DNA of 26,759 nucleotides from a virus (Duplodnaviria; Heunggongvirae; Uroviricota; Caudoviricetes): IMG/VR virus record IMGVR_UViG_2531839665_000020, positions 1 to 26,759 of that record; one strand, 5' to 3'. Shown piece by piece: positions 16,211 to 22,703 of this stretch (position 1 is its first letter; each line of letters starts with the position of its first letter). The notes under the pieces were generated by a model. It saw only the letters and a program-made list of their open reading frames with translations, ran no database searches and was not told where the DNA came from. The position numbers and the translations under genes were made by a program.

Positions 16211-16274
16211 CCTGTTTGGAATAGCCAGCCTTTAATGGATAACTATTTCTGACAATGCAATGAGTATAATCAAG

Positions 16275-16854
16275 TCCATCTTCCACTGAGAATTAGAGGC
16301 GGCATGCTTTTTCCGGCTCTTGCCGGATATCCGTAATTGTCCATAATCTGCAGATTTATACCTTCAGCATGACCTGCCAGCGAAAATTTGTCCGGTGTTT
16401 CTACGGAAATAACATCAAAAGTTACACGCACTCGCGTTACCGTGTAGACCTACTTTCCTGCACTTGCAAGATCACAGTGGTGTAACCGTAACAGGAATTT
16501 ATTCTCTGGACCGGCAGTAAATCCCTGAGTGGCGTGGTTCCCATATCAATTTCCAGCCAGGCAGCCTCCATTGCCAGCGTACTGGCTGGAGCCATGACCT
16601 GCCCTTTAAATCTGGCCCGACCATCCCACCGGACGTGTTCTTCTCCCCTGAACTTAGGTACAGTCATCTCCAGTGGCACAAAAGTGTCAGCGCCATGATT
16701 TTTGACCGTTATCGCGCTACGGATATTTTGTTGACTGGTGAAAATTACCCCGCAGAATCAGGCTTATTCCCTTAACCCGGGCTTTCATCCTGACCGCCGC
16801 CTCACTACGACCAATCAGACTGCCGATGCATTTTACCTTCATTGTTAGTATCAT
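16275..16854 (-). pseudogene. Decayed gene of unknown function, split across three frames
   Basis: Consecutive - strand segments (MILTMKVKCIGSLIGRSEAAVRMKARVKG... then ...TVKNHGADTFVPLEMTVPKFRGEEHVRWDGRARFKGQ... then ...VTFDVISVETPDKFSLAGHAEGINLQIMDNYGYPARAGKS...) join end to end only if two frameshifts and one amber are allowed. Confidence 0.35.
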
Positions 16855-16877
16855 AATTTCAGGCCTGCACCATCCGC

Positions 16878-17624
16878 TCATTGCCCGGACTTCCGACAAA
16901 TCCCGGCAACCATATCTCGGTGCTTGTTCAGCTCCCGCAGCGCGGCGCAGACTCGCTCCCACTTCTGGACATGACTTTTCGCCCGACGCAATTCGCGGTT
17001 TGCCATATGCAGCGATGGTAAAACCAGGTCATCCGCTCGCGTTTCAGTAAACGATGGCAACGATTGCACAATATCAGCCACAGTTTCTGTTTTAATATCT
17101 TCCTGTGTTGCAGCTTCCTGTACTGGTAACGCAACACCTGCTGACTGAGGAAAGGCTTTACCATCATTTTCCGTTACCGGCACGGATTTCGGCTCTGCTG
17201 GTAACTTATCGCCCGGCATGCAGTAACGAAATTTACCGTTCTGGTTTACACGAATCAGACGACCTTTGCTGATTGCCATTGCCAGCGTTGAAGCCACTTT
17301 GCGTGATGTTGTACCGAACAACGTAGCCAGCTCATCAGCCGTTTGTGGTCCGCGTTGTTCAACCGTCGCAGTTAAATCGCACTCCGAAATTTTAGCGACT
17401 GTTGCCGTGGTGGTTTCTTCCGACAGTTCTGCCGGCGCTGGCTGTTCCTGCTGAACGTTGTTATAAGCCACACGCCAGGTGTATACGCTTTTATCAACGA
17501 AGCCAGCCTTTCTCAGTTCCCACAGCTCGTTCAGCACTTCTTCACGACTGATATCAAGTCGCGCAGCCAGCTCTACCGACGTGGCTTTTCCCATCGCTTT
17601 CAGTGCGTCAAAAACAGTCTCCAT
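16878..17624 (-). CDS. Winged-helix DNA-binding phage protein (DUF1627-like)
   Basis: 248 aa; two wHTH-like segments ([30 protein letters not shown] and [28 protein letters not shown]); ATG preceded by GGGAGG. Confidence 0.7.
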   Translation of the reverse strand: METVFDALKAMGKATSVELAARLDISREEVLNELWELRKAGFVDKSVYTWRVAYNNVQQEQPAPAELSEETTTATVAKISECDLTATVEQRGPQTADELATLFGTTSRKVASTLAMAISKGRLIRVNQNGKFRYCMPGDKLPAEPKSVPVTENDGKAFPQSAGVALPVQEAATQEDIKTETVADIVQSLPSFTETRADDLVLPSLHMANRELRRAKSHVQKWERVCAALRELNKHRDMVAGICRKSGQ

Positions 17625-17656
17625 AAATTTCCTCCCGGTAAAAATTACTTCTCAAA

Positions 17657-18322
17657 TCAGACAAACCCAGCCGCTTTCCGGCGTTCATATTCCTGTTTCA
17701 GCAACTCAATTGGCGTTGGTCCCGCAGGACGTTTGGGTGCTGCCAGTTGTCGCCGGACAGGCGGAACACTCAGGCCGTTGCTAACATGCTTTGCCCATTT
17801 CGTCAGCTGCCGTTCTGCAAGCCGTTTTAACTCCCCTTCGGTCATCTGGCGTTCAATCCCCTTTGAACGCATCTCGAGGCAAATGTGATACAGCACAGGC
17901 TGAGACCACGGGTACTTATCACTTCCGTCGTATCGCCAGGACTCATTGCGCCAGCGGCGGTACTCCTCCATCACAGCATCCACCGTCAGACCAAATGGAT
18001 TGGCCCCGCTTTCCGAAATCAGCGCCACAAACTCAGCCAGGTCCGGAGGCCATGTTTCACCCGCCCGGCAGCAGTCCATGCACTGGCGGCAGACCTGCCG
18101 GATTTGCTGCTCAGTCATCGCGCCAATCTGTGCAATCCAGAGCTTCGAAGGTGCGGCCCCGTTCTTCTGGGTCCAGCGGTTCGAATACACCTCCCCCATG
18201 AGCTCCCACAGCTTCCAGGCCGTTTCCGTCGCTGATAAATCCGTTTTCACGTTCCCACTGCTCACGTGCTGCCCGAATTTCCTGAACTGCCCGTGATGCG
18301 GTTCCACCTGGTGCTGCTGCAT
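17657..18322 (-). CDS. Replication protein P-like (helicase loader)
   Basis: 221 aa; C-terminal half (YPWSQPVLYHICLEMRSKG...ELKRLAERQLTKWAKHV) follows the lambda P pattern; ATG at 18322 has AGGGGG SD but lies 212 nt inside the upstream gene, so the start is uncertain (alternative Met at 18199). Confidence 0.75.
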   Translation of the reverse strand: MQQHQVEPHHGQFRKFGQHVSSGNVKTDLSATETAWKLWELMGEVYSNRWTQKNGAAPSKLWIAQIGAMTEQQIRQVCRQCMDCCRAGETWPPDLAEFVALISESGANPFGLTVDAVMEEYRRWRNESWRYDGSDKYPWSQPVLYHICLEMRSKGIERQMTEGELKRLAERQLTKWAKHVSNGLSVPPVRRQLAAPKRPAGPTPIELLKQEYERRKAAGFV

Positions 18323-19151
18323 GGTTTACCCCCTTGCTGACTGGTTTAACCTGCGCCCTGACGTGATTTACGTGACGGGCGAATTTCTGCTCCCACTGAA
18401 CCTGCGTAAACACTTTCCCCTCCGCTGCCCAGTAGTCCCGGAATGCGGCAAGTTCAGCAGGTGTGAATTCTGTCTCCGGCAAAGCCATCCCCCACAACGC
18501 AGCCCGTCGTCGAAAATCCCGTGACGGATACCAGTTATCGGTCATCGGAAATTTTCCGATGGGTTCGCTCAGGCCATCCAGGAATACAGGGGGGACTGCC
18601 TGTAACGACAAAACTTCCTGCTCACTGGTCGGAGCACTCTCGCGTGCGTTATGTGTGGGGTTTAAATCTTTGGGTTCCTTTGGGTTCCGTGATCCGTTTT
18701 TGGGTGTCTTTGATGGAAAATTTGGGTGTCTTTGGTTATTTTCCATGCAGCAAAGAGTTCCGTTTTTGGGGCTGTTTTGTGCTGAAACATAACCGTTTTC
18801 GGTTCTGTTTTTATTAACAGTACCAATTTTACCTACCTTTAAAGACTCCCGTTTTTGGGTGTATTCATCCTCGGTAACACTTTCTTCAACACCGATAAGT
18901 CGGTACACCACAATTTGTTTTGTCCGGCCTTTTCTCTCACCGGTATCAACAATTAACCCAATCTCCATCAGGTGTCGTAAGCTGTCCTGCACAGTCTTTT
19001 TGTTCAGTTCCGTTACTTCTGCCAGTGCAGATACAGACGGGTATGCACACAAATCGGCACCGCACATATCAGCAAGCCAGGTCAATACTGACTTACTGGA
19101 TGAACTGCCGGTTTTCACCTTTTTAGCCCATCGTAGCGCATCGATACTCAT
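18111..19151 (-). CDS. Replication initiator, O-like, with DnaT-type C-terminal domain
   Basis: N-terminal HTH (MSIDALRWAKK...LAEVTELNKKTVQDSLRHL), iteron-encoded repeat linker, and C-terminal segment FPMTDNWYPSRDFRRRAALWGMALPE...AEGKVFTQVQWEQKFARH matching DnaT; ATG at 19151 preferred over the TTG at 19226. Confidence 0.75.
   Translation of the reverse strand: MSIDALRWAKKVKTGSSSSKSVLTWLADMCGADLCAYPSVSALAEVTELNKKTVQDSLRHLMEIGLIVDTGERKGRTKQIVVYRLIGVEESVTEDEYTQKRESLKVGKIGTVNKNRTENGYVSAQNSPKNGTLCCMENNQRHPNFPSKTPKNGSRNPKEPKDLNPTHNARESAPTSEQEVLSLQAVPPVFLDGLSEPIGKFPMTDNWYPSRDFRRRAALWGMALPETEFTPAELAAFRDYWAAEGKVFTQVQWEQKFARHVNHVRAQVKPVSKGVNHAAAPGGTASRAVQEIRAAREQWERENGFISDGNGLEAVGAHGGGVFEPLDPEERGRTFEALDCTDWRDD
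18660..18870. repeat. Iteron array (ori-like) inside the O-like gene
   Basis: Repeated TTTGGGT(G/T)(T/C)C-type units (at least six copies) with interspersed CCGTTTTTGGG motifs, giving the repeated PKNG/KTPKNG peptide in the O-like linker. Confidence 0.55.
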
Positions 19152-19674
19152 ACGAACCCCAGACAGATATTTGTTTATCTGCAAAGTAATGTTGGTATTG
19201 CTGACGATACGCACGCTTGAAAGCAATAGCTTTTTCTATAAGTTCGTCAGTCTCACGTTCCACAACAGCTGGATCCGCAAAAAGTAGCCCTGACTCCACC
19301 ACATCGCCATATTCTTTGTTTAACCCGGCGATCATGTACGTAATGCTTTTTCCGTCAGTAATTTCACGATACAACCTGAAATCACTGATCCGGATAGCCG
19401 CCATAATTGCCGGAATCAGCGCCGTGAATTTTTCCCGCTTATCCCTGGTGTCGATAGATTTCCAGCGTTCGAATATCTTCACCCGGTTAACGCCCAGCGC
19501 CCGTTGATCAACCGCGCCATCATCAAACGTGACGCGTTGAACATCGATGTTCGGGCGTTCTTTCAGAGCCCAGAATGCTTCCGTGATTAATATCGTCGCC
19601 TGCTCCTGTGTCATTCCTGGTCGGCATACCCAGGCATCCAGAGCCTCACAAACCTGTTCAGGGGTGATTTTCAT
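19123..19674 (-). CDS. YdaT-like regulatory protein (occupies the cII position)
   Basis: 183 aa; segment KIFERWKSIDTRDKREKFTALIPAIMAAIR resembles the Rac YdaT family; start overlaps the dicC 3' end by 17 nt. Confidence 0.6.
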   Translation of the reverse strand: MKITPEQVCEALDAWVCRPGMTQEQATILITEAFWALKERPNIDVQRVTFDDGAVDQRALGVNRVKIFERWKSIDTRDKREKFTALIPAIMAAIRISDFRLYREITDGKSITYMIAGLNKEYGDVVESGLLFADPAVVERETDELIEKAIAFKRAYRQQYQHYFADKQISVWGSYEYRCATMG

Positions 19675-19885
19675 TGTTCAACCGCCCCGCCCGCTTTGCC
19701 TTACGATATTCGTCATAAACTTTGGGGTCGTACTGAAGTTCCCCGCCGGATGCCTCTTGCAGGCGCATCGCGCGACCTTCAGGAACCAGTTCCCCCCATG
19801 CAGCAATGCTTGCCAACCTAACTCCTGCGGCATTGGCAAGCTTTGTTTTGCTGCCAAAAAACGCTATAGCATCAATTTTCAACAT
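19658..19885 (-). CDS. dicC: Cro-like repressor DicC
   Basis: 75 aa MLKIDAIAFFGSKTKLANAAGVRLASIAAWG...LQEASGGELQYDPKVYDEYRKAKRAGRLNNENHP, matching Qin DicC; divergent from dicA. Confidence 0.85.
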   Translation of the reverse strand: MLKIDAIAFFGSKTKLANAAGVRLASIAAWGELVPEGRAMRLQEASGGELQYDPKVYDEYRKAKRAGRLNNENHP

Positions 19886-19961
19886 ATCGAGCTCCTTAGA
19901 TTTTCCTAAGGAAACTAGATCGTAGAGAAACCTAAGTCAAGAAAAATTAGAATTCCCTAAT
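19886..19961. promoter_or_regulatory. dicA-dicC divergent promoter/operator region
   Basis: Inverted repeat TCCTTAG-attttc-CTAAGGA (19893-19912) plus further CTAAG half-sites between the two divergent start codons. Confidence 0.6.
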
Positions 19962-20369
19962 ATGAAAAACGAAACCTTCGGTGCTCGCCTCTTACATAGG
20001 CGTAAAAAATTAAAACTGTCTCAGGCCGCATTAGGTAAGCTGGTCAAAGTGGCTCACGTAACAATTTCTCAATGGGAAAGAGATGAAACACAGCCGGCGG
20101 GGAAAAGATTATTCGCACTGAGCCAAGCGCTTCAGTGCTCACCGACTTGGCTTCTTTTTGGGGATGAAGATAAACAACCAGGCGAACCGATCCCGAATAA
20201 TCAGCCAGCCATTCTGACAGAAGATCAAAAAGAGTTACTTCAACTGTTCGACGCACTGCCTGACTCAGAGCAAAAGGCCCTGTTGTCAGAGATGCGTGCT
20301 CGAGTTGAAAATTTCAACAAACTTTTTGAAGAACTACTTAAAGCTCGCAAAAGAAGCGCAAACAAATAA
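19962..20369 (+). CDS. dicA: CI-like repressor DicA (XRE-family HTH)
   Basis: 135 aa; LSQAALGKLVKVAHVTISQWERDETQPAGKRLFALSQALQCSPTWLLFGDEDKQP and C-terminal RARVENFNKLFEELLKARKRS match E. coli DicA. Confidence 0.9.
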   Translation: MKNETFGARLLHRRKKLKLSQAALGKLVKVAHVTISQWERDETQPAGKRLFALSQALQCSPTWLLFGDEDKQPGEPIPNNQPAILTEDQKELLQLFDALPDSEQKALLSEMRARVENFNKLFEELLKARKRSANK

Positions 20370-20438
20370 CCCCTTTTTTCTCCACACCCTGTAATAAAAA
20401 GCACAAACTTTCAAACACTTGTGTTTTTTACACCAAAA

Positions 20439-20490
20439 AACTTAGGTTTTTCTACATAAAAATCTTGACCATATGCCTTAGGTTATTCTA
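20439..20490 (+). promoter_or_regulatory. Promoter/operator of the ydfA-dicB operon
   Basis: Two direct repeats CTTAGGTT(T/A)TTCTA (20441-20454, 20476-20489) flanking a TTGACC -35-like hexamer (20464-20469). Confidence 0.5.
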
Positions 20491-20570
20491 AATTTCACTC
20501 ATCAAGACACCGCACGGTGTTCTCAGCAAACAGTTCCGCTACTCCGGCGTTAAGGGGAAATGAGGTCAGC

Positions 20571-20726
20571 ATGGATACTATCGATCTTGGCAGCAACGAA
20601 TCTCTGGTGTACGGCGTGTTCCCAAACCAGGACGGCACGTTCACCGCGATGACGTATACCAAAAGCAAAACGTTTAAAACCGAAAATGGTGCCCGTCGCT
20701 GGCTGGAAAGAAACTCAGGTGAGTGA
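20571..20726 (+). CDS. ydfA: YdfA-like small protein (51 aa)
   Basis: MDTIDLGSNESLVYGVFPNQDGTFTAMTYTKSKTFKTENGARRWLERNSGE; ATG preceded by GAGG; first gene after dicA as in Qin; the symbol is assigned mainly by synteny. Confidence 0.7.
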   Translation: MDTIDLGSNESLVYGVFPNQDGTFTAMTYTKSKTFKTENGARRWLERNSGE

Positions 20727-20727
20727 T

Positions 20728-20838
20728 ATGGATTTCGACACAATCATGGAAAAGGCTTACGAAGAATACTTCGAAGACCTTGCCGAAGGCGAAGAGGCTC
20801 TCAGCTTCAGTGAGTTTAAACAGGCGCTTTCCAGTTAG
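20728..20838 (+). CDS. YdfB-like small acidic protein (36 aa from this ATG)
   Basis: MDFDTIMEKAYEEYFEDLAEGEEALSFSEFKQALSS read manually; ATG 2 nt after the ydfA stop; too short for the ORF track. Confidence 0.45.
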   Translation: MDFDTIMEKAYEEYFEDLAEGEEALSFSEFKQALSS

Positions 20839-20885
20839 GCAAAATCTAACGGCTGATAAGCGAAACAGCACCGCGAGGAATCAGT

Positions 20886-21125
20886 ATGCATAAACGAGAA
20901 CCCGTCATCATCGCGCCAGACTATACCGATGATGAACTTTATGAGTGGATGCGCCAGAAAATTAATGCAGCGCAGGATCTGAAATGGGCCAATGAAGCCA
21001 GGGCTAAGCAGGCTGAAAAATCTGTCCGCTCTGGAGCAGGATATCACCAATTTGGAAAAAGCAGCGGCATTAAGCATTGCCAGAATGATTACATACCCGC
21101 GTTAATAGCTAACCAACGAGGATAA
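20886..21125 (+). CDS. ydfC: YdfC-like protein, apparently frameshifted at an A5 run
   Basis: First 45 codons MHKREPVIIAPDYTDDELYEWMRQKINAAQDLKWANEARAKQAEK; the frame shifted by one base from 21022 encodes LSALEQDITNLEKAAALSIARMITYPR ending at 21105, which would give 72 aa. Confidence 0.6.
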   Translation: MHKREPVIIAPDYTDDELYEWMRQKINAAQDLKWANEARAKQAEKSVRSGAGYHQFGKSSGIKHCQNDYIPALIANQRG

Positions 21126-21240
21126 GGTTGGTAATTAAGGAGTTCTCTACGGGTCAGGTGGAGTGCGTGCGCCGGACACGGGTGAGCATCCGGCACGTTC
21201 TTTAAAAATCTGGATAGTCCCAACTTATTTAAACGGTTAA

Positions 21241-21585
21241 TTATCTTGAGTTCATCCAGAACTTATTATTGCAAGCGGGGCAAAAAGTACGAAAATGAGC
21301 ATCAAAGCGCATTATTTCCATTGGTTGCAGTACAGATATTACCTTTTTTCCAAAACATTGTGGGCAAAGATGCACTGTTATCTCGGTATCGCCTATAAAT
21401 TGCTTCTTGGAATACACAAGAGTTCCAGAATCAAGCTTGTTAAGTTTGTAACCTTCCGCCTGTTGCTGAAAGTCTTCTATCTCTGCAATTTTTGCTTTGA
21501 GAGATGCGGCTTCTTCCTGATAAGAGCGCACCATCTCAATGAGCGATACGCATTCAAACTGAACAGACGTAAGTTTTGAAAGCAT
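21241..21585 (-). CDS. Zinc-ribbon hypothetical protein (114 aa), antisense to the dicB operon
   Basis: N-terminal coiled-coil-like region, C-terminal CPQC...CPAC; AT-rich; weak SD; the opposite-strand ORF 21295..21579 has non-protein-like composition. Confidence 0.55.
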   Translation of the reverse strand: MLSKLTSVQFECVSLIEMVRSYQEEAASLKAKIAEIEDFQQQAEGYKLNKLDSGTLVYSKKQFIGDTEITVHLCPQCFGKKVISVLQPMEIMRFDAHFRTFCPACNNKFWMNSR

Positions 21586-22010
21586 ATCGCTGACAGCGGA
21601 ATTTATCTCAGTTTGAGTTTTGCATTCAGAATACCCTTTGCCATTACCGCAGTTTCTTTGATTGCCGACATTGCTGCTGAGAACTCAACTATCACGTTAC
21701 ATACTCTTCTCGTTGTTGGGGATATCCAGATTATACAAATTTCTTGTTGTTGGGGAATAACAGGAACCACCTCGCCTGACGTGGTTAAAAGCAGGCACAC
21801 AACGCGAAAGCGTACGGCGAGGTAGCTGGTTCATAGATAGCCTGTCGTTAAATTTTCGTCGACCGTGCGCTTCCGGTTGTGGCAGTCCGCGAAATGGCGC
21901 GGCGGTAAGTATGGCTGGGGTTTCCTCCATTGCTCCAGAAAATGCACCGGGTTGTCAGGTTGACCATACGCTTAAGTGACAACCCCGCTACAACGCCCTC
22001 TGTTATCAAT

Positions 22011-22068
22011 TTTCTGGTGACATTTGGCGGTATCAGTTTTACTCCGTGACTGCTCTGCCGCCCTTTTT
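22011..22068 (+). ncRNA. dicF: DicF small regulatory RNA
   Basis: TTTCTGGTGACATTTGGCGGTATCAGTTTTACTCCGTGACTGCTCTGCCGCCCTTTTT agrees with the DicF sequence as I recall it (one mismatch in the 5' region), ending in a GC stem plus U-tract, directly upstream of dicB. Confidence 0.8.
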
Positions 22069-22237
22069 AAAGTGAATTTTGTGATGCGGTGAATGCGGCT
22101 AAGCGCACGCGGAACAGTTAAAACCAAAAACAGTGTTATGGGTGGATTCTCTGTATCCGGCGTTAATTGTTAACTGGTTAACGTCACCTGGAGGCACCAG
22201 GCACTGCATCACAAAATTCATTGTTGAGGACGCGATA

Positions 22238-22426
22238 ATGGAAACGTTATTACCAAACGTTAATACGTCTGAAGGTTGTTTTGATATTGGAGTTCTGCTC
22301 AGTAACCGGGAGTTTACTGAAGATGCCATTAAGATGAGAAAATATGAACCTTATCTTCTTAATGATAATTCCATACTTTCCAGAATTGCCCTTCTTGAAC
22401 TTGGTATTATCGGAGAACAGCAGTGA
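22238..22426 (+). CDS. dicB: Cell-division inhibitor DicB
   Basis: 62 aa METLLPNVNTSEGCFDIGVLLSN...; ATG preceded by GAGGA; follows dicF as in Qin. Confidence 0.85.
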   Translation: METLLPNVNTSEGCFDIGVLLSNREFTEDAIKMRKYEPYLLNDNSILSRIALLELGIIGEQQ

Positions 22427-22611
22427 CTTCAGCGTTTGCACTGATAATGACCGTTTTTCTTATAACGGGTGAGCCGCAGAATGTGATTACCGGAATTTAT
22501 TACAGTAAGTCATCCTGCATTCAGGTAAGGGACGAACAAAAAATCCCCGGTGAATGCCTCCCGTTAAAAAAAGTATCGCTGTACCTGAATAACGAAACAC
22601 CGGCTGGATAA
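22423..22611 (+). CDS. ydfD: YdfD-like small membrane protein
   Basis: 62 aa, GTG start overlapping the dicB stop (GTGA); N-terminal hydrophobic segment MTSAFALIMTVFLITG; the symbol is assigned mainly by synteny with Qin. Confidence 0.6.
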   Translation: MTSAFALIMTVFLITGEPQNVITGIYYSKSSCIQVRDEQKIPGECLPLKKVSLYLNNETPAG

Positions 22612-22703
22612 CCCGCCAGCCATATTAACGCCATACCAACGGATTAAAAATGCCAGCAATGGCAGGAATTTGTTCATCCTTAAAATGGTTATGAGGTTTA
22701 TCA

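Noticed and set aside
17791-18296. Three overlapping + strand ORFs (116-136 aa) in the O/P region
   Set aside because: Antisense to the O-like and P-like genes in GC-rich DNA with Ser/Pro/Arg-rich composition.
21295-21579. 94-aa + strand ORF antisense to the zinc-ribbon gene
   Set aside because: Tyr/Phe/Leu/Lys-rich non-protein-like composition typical of antisense translation of AT-rich coding DNA.
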